DNA of 64,000 bases from a plasmid, in sequence record NZ_CP118102.1; one strand, 5' to 3'. Shown here piece by piece: positions 1 through 10,059 of the stretch. The notes beneath the pieces are model-generated. The model made no database searches. It saw only the letters and a program-made list of their open reading frames with translations, and had not been told where the DNA came from. The stretch's first letter is position 1. Each line of letters opens with the position of its first letter. The position numbers were made by a program, and so were the translations under genes.

Positions 1-16
1 ACTGTTTGATTACTTT

Positions 17-1720
17 ATGTTTGAGCAGGATTATCAGGTGGTTGACCAACACGAGATTTTCTTTAATCCACCGGCAGCGGTAGTTGCGTCTAGTAGTTCC
101 GGCAATAGCAAACAATTTGCTTACGACTGTGGTGAGGAATTACGGGGTGCACGAAAGCATCTTGCATCTGGCCTGGTAAAGTTCTCATCGGAGTGGCAGA
201 CAGCTATGGAAGTCGATCCTAGCCAGGCATATGATTTAGTCTGTAAAGATGGGTTAATCGGCTCACTGAATGCTGAGAATTTACAAGAAGAGGGTTATAC
301 TTCTGAGGCTGCTCTAGTTGTGAAACTAATCTGGGACCGTGTAAGTCAACGACCAGCCGATGATTCAGTTCAAAGAAGATATTTCATACAAGCTGTGAAT
401 GAACTGAGATCCTTATTTAGAGACGCGAAAACAGTGGATTCTGTTAAATCTGCAGTCTCAGAGCTGCGGATTAATGTTCGTAATGCCCATTACTCGCAAT
501 CCGAGTACCAGGTGAAAAAGAATCCGGAACTGTTGTCCTACTCGCATTGGCTGTCACTAGGAGATCGATTCAAATCTCTTTTTGTTACCAAGTCACGGGC
601 AGTGGCAGGATACCGCAAGATATATAAGAGAGCTTTTGAATCAGAGGAAGGACAGGATTGGAATTGGGCAAAGAAACGAAGGAATCAAAGTAACCGACGA
701 CAGTCAAATAAAGCCTACTGGGAGCGTAAAGTACCTGATGAGGTAATCCGCTTATCAGAGAAAGCATCCGGAGTTACGAAGCCTGAGGACTTTATTACTC
801 AATACGGTTTTCGTGGAATTCAGTTCGGTAATTGGGTGGATGATGCTGCAGGAAGATACCACGTACTTTGTTCTGGGAATGCTTGGGCAGATCTAGCTTC
901 TATTTTGAAGCTTCCTCCAAAAGCGATCTCATTCTATGGTGCTCTTGGGCTTGCCTTTGGAGCAAGAGGGAGTGGTAAAGCAGCAGCACATTTTGAGGTT
1001 TCTACCAACGTAATGAATTTGACCAAGCATCGCGGAGGAGGATCCCAGTGCCATGAATGGGCTCATGCGCTTGATCAAAATCTGTATTCATACTCCCATC
1101 AATTCTCGAACGGTAAGCGTGCCTTATTGTCCGGTTCTGAGGCAGGACCTCATCTTCCTGCAGAGTTAAAAGAAGCCTTCGCTGATCTAATGAAGGTGAT
1201 TAAAGAAGGTAATGGCAAGCGACTAGTGAAAGTTCCTGATCCGCTCCCGCTTCCCCAGAGTCGTTATTACGACAGAATTAAAGGGGCATTGGCGTTAAAT
1301 AATTACGATATAAGTACTGCATTACAGTCCTTGATTGGCCGATATCGTATAAAGAATAATCAATGGATGGATATTGCCATTTTATATTGTAATCTGCTAA
1401 AGGAAGCAGGGAAGGAAGTACCAAAGAGCTTCTACATTCCCTCTGATGAAAGCCTATTTTATTCCGATGCTAAAAACATGGGGGCATACTGGCGTCGTGA
1501 CCATGAGCTCTTTGCAAGAGCATTTGAATCATGGATTGAAGATGAATTGTCAGCGGCTGGTATGACTAACTCGTATTTAGTATATGGAACACAGTTTGGT
1601 AGTCCTTACCCGTATGGTGAGGAGAGGCAATTCATTAATGCTTCTTTCCGCAAATGGTGGGAAATCATGCTGCAGCTAGAACTCTTCACAAATGAACGTT
1701 TCTGGCAGAATGCGAATTGA
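17..1720 (+). CDS. 5'-truncated large protein with a zincin-like HExxH motif (CHEWAHALD); possibly a polyvalent or toxin-like protein of a conjugative element
   Basis: ORF runs in from the window edge. Single HExxH motif with Lys/Arg-rich linker regions. Stop codon overlaps the next start (ATGA). Confidence 0.4.
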   Translation: MFEQDYQVVDQHEIFFNPPAAVVASSSSGNSKQFAYDCGEELRGARKHLASGLVKFSSEWQTAMEVDPSQAYDLVCKDGLIGSLNAENLQEEGYTSEAALVVKLIWDRVSQRPADDSVQRRYFIQAVNELRSLFRDAKTVDSVKSAVSELRINVRNAHYSQSEYQVKKNPELLSYSHWLSLGDRFKSLFVTKSRAVAGYRKIYKRAFESEEGQDWNWAKKRRNQSNRRQSNKAYWERKVPDEVIRLSEKASGVTKPEDFITQYGFRGIQFGNWVDDAAGRYHVLCSGNAWADLASILKLPPKAISFYGALGLAFGARGSGKAAAHFEVSTNVMNLTKHRGGGSQCHEWAHALDQNLYSYSHQFSNGKRALLSGSEAGPHLPAELKEAFADLMKVIKEGNGKRLVKVPDPLPLPQSRYYDRIKGALALNNYDISTALQSLIGRYRIKNNQWMDIAILYCNLLKEAGKEVPKSFYIPSDESLFYSDAKNMGAYWRRDHELFARAFESWIEDELSAAGMTNSYLVYGTQFGSPYPYGEERQFINASFRKWWEIMLQLELFTNERFWQNAN

Positions 1721-1920
1721 TAACTCACAAAATGGGGGGATCCGGAATGGCTAAAACCTTGAAAGAGTTACTGAGGGATATAGAGAGGAAACGCGAGTGT
1801 TTAAATAGAGCTGAGAAGCGACTAGGGATTAAGTCAAAATATGTTCTTAAAAAATCCCAGGAGCTTGATGCTTTACTGAATGAATATGCAGCTAGAACCA
1901 TAGCTTGTATGGAGAAATAA
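1717..1920 (+). CDS. Spo0E-like sporulation regulatory (aspartyl-phosphate phosphatase) family protein
   Basis: Small helical protein. 'KSQELDALLNEY' matches the Spo0E-family signature region. True start probably the internal ATG near 1732 or 1747. Confidence 0.55.
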   Translation: MITHKMGGSGMAKTLKELLRDIERKRECLNRAEKRLGIKSKYVLKKSQELDALLNEYAARTIACMEK

Positions 1921-1976
1921 ATCACACTGGTATTTAATATGTAAACATGAATTTATTAGTAATATTCACTTAATAA

Positions 1977-2020
1977 AAACAGTTAAATCCTTGAATTCGA
2001 AGGTTTTAACTGTTTTTATT
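1977..2020 (+). terminator. Rho-independent terminator (compound hairpin followed by a T-run)
   Basis: aaaacagttaaa ... tttaactgtttt stem enclosing a ccttgaattcgaagg palindrome, followed by TTTTTATTT. Confidence 0.5.
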
Positions 2021-2159
2021 TGGAAAATTCTATTAATTGTAAACTCCATATTTTTCATATATTATTCTAATATATTACCTGAATTTTCATCTAAAGTTAT
2101 TCCTTTCTTTGGTCAAATTTAACTTAGATGTGATTCAAAAAACACCGAGGAGCTGACAC

Positions 2160-5100
2160 ATGAAAAAGAATTTCAAAAGTATGATATCGCTTACAATTGC
2201 CAGCGCATTGTTAACGACCACAATCTTGAGTCCCGATGTCATCGCATTATCCAATGAAAACAAAAGTACTGATACTGGAGGGTCTTTAATCGCACCAGAC
2301 GAACCAAAAAGAATTGAGGTTGCTACAGAGAGAGATGAATACTCGAAAACATACTTAAACAGTGATGGATCGTATACAACAGATATTTCACCGATTCCTA
2401 TTCATTACTACGATGAGACCATAAAGAAATGGATGCCTATTAAGAATGAGCTTAAAAAAGAAGCGAACAAGATTGTTTCAGATGAACACCCATTAAGTGT
2501 TGACTTACAGAGCACTTTCTCCGCGACCAATCAACTACTACAGATCTCCGAAGATGAGTACGAAATCAACTTAAGCCCAGTCGAAGAAGAGTTATCTGCT
2601 ACCGCCGAGGAAACACCTGCAGAGGTAGATCAAAATGAAGTGGTGTATCCGGAAATATTTGAAAACGCAGATCTAAAGTACACCCTTGGCAATGACCGTA
2701 TTAAAGAAGAAATCATTTTGAAAGAGCGTCCAGCAAACTTAGATAATCCAGTAATCTACAGTTTCTCACTAGATCTCGGTAATCTGACCTATAAAGAGCA
2801 AGAGAACGGTTCCATTCTGCTGGTAGATAAAGAGTCAGGGGAAACTCAATATTATATTGAAGCTCCTATGATGTTTGATTCATTCCGGCCTGATGGATAT
2901 AAAGAAGTATCGGGAGTAAACAGCATTCCAGAGGAAGCAATATCCTATGATATTCATTATGATGTCCGCTCCGAAAATAATCAGCTTTACTTGGATCTTG
3001 TTCCAAATCAAGAATGGTTGCTTGATCAGGAGCGTGAATATCCTGTAACTCTGGACCCAACAATCGTAAAGTTCCAGCCTCAATATGCTGTAACTGATAC
3101 GAACATTAGAAGCGAGTTCCCTAAACAAACCGCTCCAACGGAAACTACCCTTGGTGTAGGTCTTTATAAAAGTTCAACTCAAAACAATGTCATTCGATCC
3201 TTGTTGAAATTTAATGTAAGTTCTATACCTCAGGGCGTGGATATCATAACCGCAGATTTAAACTTATGGTTAGCTGCTGTGTCCAATGATACTAATATGA
3301 ATGTTTCATTACATGCCATAAATACTCCTTGGACGGAGTACTCTGCATCTTGGATGTATGCCGATGCAGGCAAGCTTTGGTCGACACAAGGAGGAGATTT
3401 TAACGCTTCTCAAGTTACTACCGTTCCTGTGGGGGCGTTAACACCGCTTGACGTCAATTACAAATGGTCGTTAACACCTTACATGGTTGAGAAATGGATC
3501 AATCAGCCTGACTCCAATATCGGTTTTCTATTAAAGAGTACGTCAGAAACAACGAATACGTATAAAAAATTCATATCTGGTGATGACACGGTTAACACAG
3601 AATATACTCCACTTTTAAGTGTTACCTATACTTCGGCTAGTCGACTGGGTTTAGAAGACTACTGGACCTTCGATAGCGTAGCTTTAAATTCCGGAGTAAA
3701 TTATACAAATTTAGGGACAGGAAATAATATTCTTGAATACAACGACTTTTCTCTAACTGGAAGAGGAGATGTTAAGCTCGAATTTACAAGGACGTATAAT
3801 TCCAAATCGAAAGAAGCATCTCCATTTGGATATGGATGGTCAAACAGCGGGTCAGAGACCCTGATTGATGCTCATAAAACAGGTAGGGTCTTTTATACAG
3901 AAGCCGATGGCACTACACATTATTTTGAGTACGATTCTAGCAAAGGAACATATAGTTCACCGCCTGGGAAGTATTTGAATCTTAGTCAACAAAGAAATGA
4001 TCAAGGTGCTGTCACGGGATATGTTATAACAGATAAATATGGCTATCGAACCTACTTTGAGGCACTAGAGAGTGATTCGGAAGTAAGTATCATAAAAGCT
4101 CGAATCAGTTATGAAGAAGATTTAAATGATAACCGATTAACTTATAATTATGATGATCAAGGAAGATTAAGAAGTATTGTTGATCCTTCAGGAAGGATTT
4201 TGGAATTTACTTATAATGCTCAGGGTATGGTGGATTCTGCTATTGTCGAAGGAGAAATTACAAAATATTCATACGATTCAAACAAGCGTTTGGAGAACGT
4301 GGATTATTATGAAACTATCGATACATTTGAAAGAACCAATTTCCAGTACAATGACAAAGGACTAATTTGGAAAGTTACTGATCCAAATGGCGGAATTTCA
4401 GAATTCACCTATGTTGGTGAGGATGTAATTGAAACGGTTAAGGAACCTTACAAGGATTCAACAAGTGTAACAACCTATGCTATTGATACAAAAAATCACA
4501 AAGCAATTGTTACAGATTCTAAAGGGAATATAGAAAATTATTTTCTTAATGCAGAGTATGCAGTGAAATCAATAACTGATGCTAAAGGACAAACAACTTC
4601 TACTACGTATGATGAGAATCTTAATCCTCTTTTGAAAACGGATGCCAAAGGGAATGTACATGAACTGCAGTATGATGAGAAAGGCAATGTCCTAAAAGAA
4701 ATTGATGGAGCAGGAAATGTAAAATCCTATACCTACAATAATCTTGGACGTGTTCTCACAGAGACCGATGAGAGAGGAAACAGAATAACTAACATCTATT
4801 ACCCCAATGGAAGAGATTTAAAATCGGTAACTGATGCTAAGAATCAAGTTACTTCTTATAACTATGACGATTATGGAAATTTAATTGAATCTATACTACC
4901 TGATGGTACCAAAGAAACTTATGAATATGATGCAGCAAATAATTACATTGAAAAATCTATCGATCCAAAGGGAAATACGACAGTTGAAATAACAGATTCA
5001 GTAGGAAACATCATAAACAAAACTGATGGCGAAGGAAATGCCACACAATTTAAATACAATAAACTCAACCAATTGACGAAAGTAATAGAGCCTGACGGAA

Positions 5101-7328
5101 GCACCACTTCCTACGATTATGATGATCTAGGGAATATAAACAAAGCAACGTATCCCAATGGAGAAACAAGGGACTATAAATACAACAAATCTGGAAACTT
5201 AGAGAATACAACTGATTCACTTGGTAACCAATATCAATATGATTACGATACAAACGGAAACCTTACTAAAATAATTACACCAAACAGAGATACAATCGTT
5301 CACGAGTATAATGAATTGAATTTACTTGTTCATACAAGAGTGAATAACGAACTCCTCTTCTCCTACCATTATGATGTAAATCTTAATCTCGAGACTGTGA
5401 ATGGAAATAAGGTCTACAACTATGATCAAAATAATGCAATCTCAAATATTAAGGATAGAGGTTCTGATATTCAAATTGGATATTACGAGAATGGCCTTCT
5501 TAAATCACTGGAGTATTCAAACGGAGCTGCTGAAACAAAAATTGAATACGGTTTAGACAATGTTGATCAGTTAACCGAGTTGAAAGTTAATGGACAAGTA
5601 ATTGCTACTTATGAATATAACAAAGCTGGTTATGAGGTAGCGGGAACAAGAGGTAACAAGACTACAGCAAAAATCGATTATGATTTGTCAAAAAATGTTA
5701 CTTTGCATCGTAATTTAAAGTCAGATGACTCCATCATCAGTGAGTACCAATACAGCTATGATAAAAACAACCGAATTGTAGGAATTAATTCTCCTAGAGG
5801 GGAGATTGTTTATACTTATGATAATAAGGACCAGCTTATTCAGGAAGAGCTTGCAGATGGGACATTTATCAAGTATGACTACGATAAAGTTGGTAATCGT
5901 ACTTTAAAAGAAATTCATAAAGGAACAGAAATTGAAAGTATAGTATCTTTGTTTAACAGCGCAAACCAATTAAATACTGTGAATAATAAGAAATATAATT
6001 ATGATAGTAATGGTAATCTTATTGAGAATGAAGAATATCAATATGTTTATAATAAGTTAGACCAACTTATTGAAGTAAAAAGTAAGGAAAGCAATACCAC
6101 CATCTTTAAGGCTAGTTACAATGAAGATGGTAAACGAATTCGTACAGAGAACAGTCAAGGTGTCCGCAATTATTATTATAATGGTGACGATCTTGTTCAA
6201 TACGAGACAGACGATCAAGGAAATGTCATTATTGAATATTTCTATGATTCAAATAAAAAGTTAGTTGGGTTTAATTTTGATGAGGCAAGATACTATTACC
6301 ATTCAGATGGGCAAGGAAATATTGTAAATATTACGGATTCAAATGAGAACATTGTTGCTAGCTACGAATACGATGCTTGGGGGAATGTACTTAGTTCAGA
6401 AGGAGATTTAGCGAATATTAATCCTTACCGTTACAAAGAGTATCGATATGATTCAGAACTAAAATTATATTATTTAAATGCTAGATATTATGACGCAAAT
6501 ACAGCTACATTTCTTGCAAAAGATCCTATGCCAGGCTCAGCTTTTGAACCAACTACACAAAATGGATACAACTACGTAGGTAATAACCCGGTCAAATTTG
6601 TTGATCCTTCCGGAGAACTTAGGTGGATATTTAAATTAGGCCAGTGGATATATAAAGCAATTAAATCATCTGGCAAAAAAACTCCCAAAGCTGTTAAGGG
6701 GTGTAACTGTTTTGTAGCAGGTACCAAGGTTCTTACAGAAAACGGAGAGAAGAATATTGAAGACATTGAAGTCGGTGATAAGGTCCTCGCTAAAGACGAA
6801 TACAATGCAGAAGGAGATTTGGCCTACAAGGAAGTAACAGGTCTATACCAAAACCAGCGTGACGATATCATTAAATTGCACGTTGGAAAACAAATCATAG
6901 AAACAACAGACAACCATCCATTTTGGGTTGAAGACAAAGGCTGGATTTTTGCAGATGAACTTCAAGTAGGAGACAAACTACAAAAAGCAGATGGAAGCAA
7001 CCTTGTAATAGATAAAGTAGAATTTTTGAAACTTGGAAAACCAGTTACCGTATACAACTTTACGGTTGCTGATTACCATACGTATTATGTAACGGATCTT
7101 GGAATCTGGGTCCATAACACTAAATGTGGGCTTGATATTAAAAAATTGGATGATAAATATTTAAAAAAACAAAAAATTGATGCACATGACCTGAAGCGGG
7201 AATTTTTAGGTAGAAAAGCTAAGATAGCAGAATATGATCTCTATTCAAATAAGAAAACTGGTGAAATAATGATCTTTAGAAAAGGAGGAAAAGGAGAAGG
7301 TATACGAACAGGACACTATATCGACTAA
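2160..7328 (+). CDS. Secreted RHS/YD-repeat polymorphic toxin: signal peptide, DNRLRE-like domain, RHS/YD repeats, Hint domain, short C-terminal toxin domain
   Basis: N-terminal signal peptide. Many YD repeats (YDYDDQGRL, YTYNAQGM etc.). 'PxxxxDPSGE' RHS core end. Hint domain (CFVAGTKVLT...HPFW...TYYV...VHN). About 68-aa divergent tail. Strong RBS. Confidence 0.85.
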   Translation: MKKNFKSMISLTIASALLTTTILSPDVIALSNENKSTDTGGSLIAPDEPKRIEVATERDEYSKTYLNSDGSYTTDISPIPIHYYDETIKKWMPIKNELKKEANKIVSDEHPLSVDLQSTFSATNQLLQISEDEYEINLSPVEEELSATAEETPAEVDQNEVVYPEIFENADLKYTLGNDRIKEEIILKERPANLDNPVIYSFSLDLGNLTYKEQENGSILLVDKESGETQYYIEAPMMFDSFRPDGYKEVSGVNSIPEEAISYDIHYDVRSENNQLYLDLVPNQEWLLDQEREYPVTLDPTIVKFQPQYAVTDTNIRSEFPKQTAPTETTLGVGLYKSSTQNNVIRSLLKFNVSSIPQGVDIITADLNLWLAAVSNDTNMNVSLHAINTPWTEYSASWMYADAGKLWSTQGGDFNASQVTTVPVGALTPLDVNYKWSLTPYMVEKWINQPDSNIGFLLKSTSETTNTYKKFISGDDTVNTEYTPLLSVTYTSASRLGLEDYWTFDSVALNSGVNYTNLGTGNNILEYNDFSLTGRGDVKLEFTRTYNSKSKEASPFGYGWSNSGSETLIDAHKTGRVFYTEADGTTHYFEYDSSKGTYSSPPGKYLNLSQQRNDQGAVTGYVITDKYGYRTYFEALESDSEVSIIKARISYEEDLNDNRLTYNYDDQGRLRSIVDPSGRILEFTYNAQGMVDSAIVEGEITKYSYDSNKRLENVDYYETIDTFERTNFQYNDKGLIWKVTDPNGGISEFTYVGEDVIETVKEPYKDSTSVTTYAIDTKNHKAIVTDSKGNIENYFLNAEYAVKSITDAKGQTTSTTYDENLNPLLKTDAKGNVHELQYDEKGNVLKEIDGAGNVKSYTYNNLGRVLTETDERGNRITNIYYPNGRDLKSVTDAKNQVTSYNYDDYGNLIESILPDGTKETYEYDAANNYIEKSIDPKGNTTVEITDSVGNIINKTDGEGNATQFKYNKLNQLTKVIEPDGSTTSYDYDDLGNINKATYPNGETRDYKYNKSGNLENTTDSLGNQYQYDYDTNGNLTKIITPNRDTIVHEYNELNLLVHTRVNNELLFSYHYDVNLNLETVNGNKVYNYDQNNAISNIKDRGSDIQIGYYENGLLKSLEYSNGAAETKIEYGLDNVDQLTELKVNGQVIATYEYNKAGYEVAGTRGNKTTAKIDYDLSKNVTLHRNLKSDDSIISEYQYSYDKNNRIVGINSPRGEIVYTYDNKDQLIQEELADGTFIKYDYDKVGNRTLKEIHKGTEIESIVSLFNSANQLNTVNNKKYNYDSNGNLIENEEYQYVYNKLDQLIEVKSKESNTTIFKASYNEDGKRIRTENSQGVRNYYYNGDDLVQYETDDQGNVIIEYFYDSNKKLVGFNFDEARYYYHSDGQGNIVNITDSNENIVASYEYDAWGNVLSSEGDLANINPYRYKEYRYDSELKLYYLNARYYDANTATFLAKDPMPGSAFEPTTQNGYNYVGNNPVKFVDPSGELRWIFKLGQWIYKAIKSSGKKTPKAVKGCNCFVAGTKVLTENGEKNIEDIEVGDKVLAKDEYNAEGDLAYKEVTGLYQNQRDDIIKLHVGKQIIETTDNHPFWVEDKGWIFADELQVGDKLQKADGSNLVIDKVEFLKLGKPVTVYNFTVADYHTYYVTDLGIWVHNTKCGLDIKKLDDKYLKKQKIDAHDLKREFLGRKAKIAEYDLYSNKKTGEIMIFRKGGKGEGIRTGHYID

Positions 7329-7357
7329 CTATTTATATATGGAGCTGAAGTGTTAAA

Positions 7358-7762
7358 ATGAACGATATAACAACTGTTATGGCTGAGTTCGCAATTATAG
7401 GTGAAAATTTTACTAAGCAGAATATAACTAACCAACTGCAAATTGAACCAACAGAATTTTACTCCAAAGGTGACAAAATAAAAAACAGAGACCTTTATAG
7501 AAAAGAAACTGCATGGAGTCTAGCTACGGAATATGAGGAGTCCTTGGATATCAATTTACAATTAAATAAGCTAATATCTATTCTGAATGACAAAAAGGAA
7601 GAATTACTCAAGTTAAAAAGGACTTATAACTTGTTTTATAAATTTTTTATTGTTATTAAAATTGAAGAAAACGAGACTCCAGCAATATATCTAGATACGA
7701 CCACAATTTCTTTCGCCAATGATTTAGGAATTGAATTTGACTTTGACCTTTATATCTTTTAA
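7358..7762 (+). CDS. Candidate cognate immunity protein for the RHS toxin
   Basis: Small ORF 30 bp downstream of the toxin C-terminal domain gene. A toxin gene followed directly by a small immunity gene is the usual layout. Confidence 0.4.
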   Translation: MNDITTVMAEFAIIGENFTKQNITNQLQIEPTEFYSKGDKIKNRDLYRKETAWSLATEYEESLDINLQLNKLISILNDKKEELLKLKRTYNLFYKFFIVIKIEENETPAIYLDTTTISFANDLGIEFDFDLYIF

Positions 7763-7780
7763 ATCCGATAATTTGTCAAA

Positions 7781-7807
7781 AGCTACCCTTAAATGGGTAG
7801 CTTTTTT
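7781..7807 (+). terminator. Rho-independent terminator
   Basis: agctaccc-ttaaat-gggtagct hairpin followed by TTTTTT. Confidence 0.6.
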
Positions 7808-7857
7808 CAATTCAAGTTTATTTTTATATGTTAGAAGGGAACCCCCTATATTTTACA

Positions 7858-7887
7858 TTGATAAAAGAACTAATGTTCGCATATAAT
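7858..7887 (+). promoter_or_regulatory. Sigma-A-like promoter (TTGATA-17-TATAAT) with an embedded LexA/Cheo box AGAACTAATGTTCG
   Basis: GAAC-N4-GTTC dyad at 7867-7878 lies in the spacer between the -35 and -10 elements. It sits upstream of the Y-family polymerase operon. Confidence 0.55.
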
Positions 7888-7906
7888 ACAAACAAACGTT
7901 CTTAAT

Positions 7907-8293
7907 GTGGGGTGGATAGTAATGTTGAGTATTGGGCTGAATTCAGACGATATCAAAATTGTTAAGGATTATGCTTTATTGCCGATACTACTCGATGTAC
8001 TGGAGAAGGACTGGGAGCTCCTTTGTCGGTCCGATATCAAAACCTTGGAATTGACTCGAGTGATGATTGAACGGTTACAAAATGCGGCAATGAGTGATTT
8101 GACCTCAGCTCGAAAGCTAATGCGAGAAAAGAATTTAAAGGTGTATGAGTATCGTAAGACCAATCATGGCGTTGAATTGCAGTATGTAAGCAAGGGATAC
8201 CATAGAAAGTTGTCTATGCTTTGGGGGCTGATTGAAGCAGAAATTGAGCAACGTTCATACAACTACCTTGGGTTTGAGAGAGAGCAATTATGA
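7907..8293 (+). CDS. Hypothetical protein, first gene of the putative SOS operon
   Basis: ORF. Stop overlaps the polymerase start (ATGA). No recognisable motif. Confidence 0.4.
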   Translation: MGWIVMLSIGLNSDDIKIVKDYALLPILLDVLEKDWELLCRSDIKTLELTRVMIERLQNAAMSDLTSARKLMREKNLKVYEYRKTNHGVELQYVSKGYHRKLSMLWGLIEAEIEQRSYNYLGFEREQL

Positions 8294-9561
8294 AGACGAA
8301 AGAGCGAGTCATTATGTTAGCTGACTGTCAGTCGTTCTATGCCAGTGTTGAAAAGGCAGAGCATCCGGAGTACAAAAATCGGCCGCTCGTTGTAGCCGGT
8401 GATCCTGAAAGACGTTCAGGAATCGTATTGGCTGCTTGTCCCATTGCCAAATCTAAAGGAATAACTACTGCTGAAAGACTAGGGGAGGCACTGGCTAAGT
8501 GTCCGGACCTTGTGGTCGTTAAACCACGCATGCAGCAATATATTGATGTCTCAATGAAAATCACCGAAATCTACAAGTCTTATACTGATTTGGTGGAGCC
8601 GTACAGTATCGATGAACAGTTCTTAGATGTCAGCGGGAGCCTGCACCTATTTGATTGCACACCTGAAGAATTGGCCCGTTTAATACAAAATCATGTCCAA
8701 GAAGCAACAGGAGTGTACACCCGATTTGGAATATCCAATACTAAAATACTTGCAAAGACCGCGTGTGATAATTATGCGAAAAAGAATGCTGCAGGAGTCT
8801 ACACTTTAACCAAAGAGATGCTACCAGAGACGTTATGGAAGCGACCTGTCAGCGACATGTTTATGGTAGGGAGCCGAATGAAACGGCATCTTACAGTAAT
8901 GGGACTTACTACGATCGGAAGTGTCGCTCAAACGCCATTATCCAGGCTTAAGGATATGATGCGTCGTAAGTTCGGAAAAAATTCTGACATTCAGGCAGAG
9001 ATGTACTGGAGAATAGCCAACGGGATCGATGATAGTCCAGTGCGCCCTGGCACTCACCAAGATGCACCTAAATCAGTCGGCCATATGATGACCCTGCCCA
9101 GAGACTACGGAACCATTGATGAAATTAAGGTTGTTCTGCTGGAGTTGACGGAGCTAGTCTGCCAACGCTGCCGTACACTTGGGTTAATGGGGAACGTAGT
9201 GTCAGTAGGATGCTTAGGCGCTGATTTTGACCGGCCTACAGGCTTTTCTAGGCAACTTAAAATGGAAGACCCGACGAATATAACCAATCAAGTTTACCAA
9301 TGGGCCTGCAAGCTGTTAGATCAATTTTGGGATGGCTTCCCGATTCGTAGGGTGGGTATCAGTTTGTCTCAGCTTTCACCTGATAATGAATACCAAGTAT
9401 CCATGTTTGACTCCGGTCGTGAGAAATCTATGGCTCTTGAACGAGTTACTGATGCTCTAAAGCAGAAGTACGGGGATACAGTTGTCATGCGCGCTGTTTC
9501 CAAAACGGCAGCGGGCCAAGCGGTCGACCGATCTGATAAAATAGGAGGTCACTTCAAATGA
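8290..9561 (+). CDS. Y-family (UmuC/DinB/UvrX-like) translesion DNA polymerase
   Basis: N-terminal 'MLADCQSFYASVE' palm motif. Conserved 'DEQFLDVSGS' catalytic region. Length about 420 aa. Confidence 0.85.
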   Translation: MKTKERVIMLADCQSFYASVEKAEHPEYKNRPLVVAGDPERRSGIVLAACPIAKSKGITTAERLGEALAKCPDLVVVKPRMQQYIDVSMKITEIYKSYTDLVEPYSIDEQFLDVSGSLHLFDCTPEELARLIQNHVQEATGVYTRFGISNTKILAKTACDNYAKKNAAGVYTLTKEMLPETLWKRPVSDMFMVGSRMKRHLTVMGLTTIGSVAQTPLSRLKDMMRRKFGKNSDIQAEMYWRIANGIDDSPVRPGTHQDAPKSVGHMMTLPRDYGTIDEIKVVLLELTELVCQRCRTLGLMGNVVSVGCLGADFDRPTGFSRQLKMEDPTNITNQVYQWACKLLDQFWDGFPIRRVGISLSQLSPDNEYQVSMFDSGREKSMALERVTDALKQKYGDTVVMRAVSKTAAGQAVDRSDKIGGHFK

Positions 9562-9899
9562 CAACTCGAAAAAAACTCGAAGGTAACGGATTATGGGAGT
9601 CAAGTCGAATGATGCTCCCGGAGCATAAAGAGGTAATAATACGGCAGCAGGTTGAAGAAAACAAAAAAACAAAACCAATTCTAGATTCCCAAGAGGTAGA
9701 GCTCATCCAACTCGCACTTGCAGAGTCTCTTCATCAACATCGGCGTATAAATTTGCAATTATATGATGAATATAAAGACATACATCTGAGCGGGTTCGTT
9801 GTTTTGATAAATGCTTACAAAAGGGAATTTAAATTTGTCACTAATCGAGATGAATGGCATTGGGTAAGTGTTCAGGACATCGTTTCAGTTAGCTCATAA
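9558..9899 (+). CDS. YolD-like protein (proposed UmuD functional analogue), translationally coupled to the polymerase
   Basis: ATGA overlap with the polymerase stop. 'LWESSRMMLPEH' resembles the W...LPEH motif I recall for the YolD family. The family assignment rests on memory, not a search. Confidence 0.4.
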   Translation: MTTRKKLEGNGLWESSRMMLPEHKEVIIRQQVEENKKTKPILDSQEVELIQLALAESLHQHRRINLQLYDEYKDIHLSGFVVLINAYKREFKFVTNRDEWHWVSVQDIVSVSS

Positions 9900-9918
9900 T
9901 CTAATGAGAATTTTTTTA

Positions 9919-9955
9919 AAGATTGCTAAATAACTAACTAGCAATCTTTTTTATT
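9919..9955 (+). terminator. Rho-independent terminator
   Basis: agattgcta ... tagcaatct stem followed by TTTTTT. Confidence 0.6.
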
Positions 9956-10059
9956 TTTTATGCATATCTTTTTCATCCACTCAATAATGTTGTAGGAGTA
10001 TAATATCGTTTTTCTTACTTGTAGTGCTTCTTTCGTTTTTTTAATTGTATTTATTTGTT

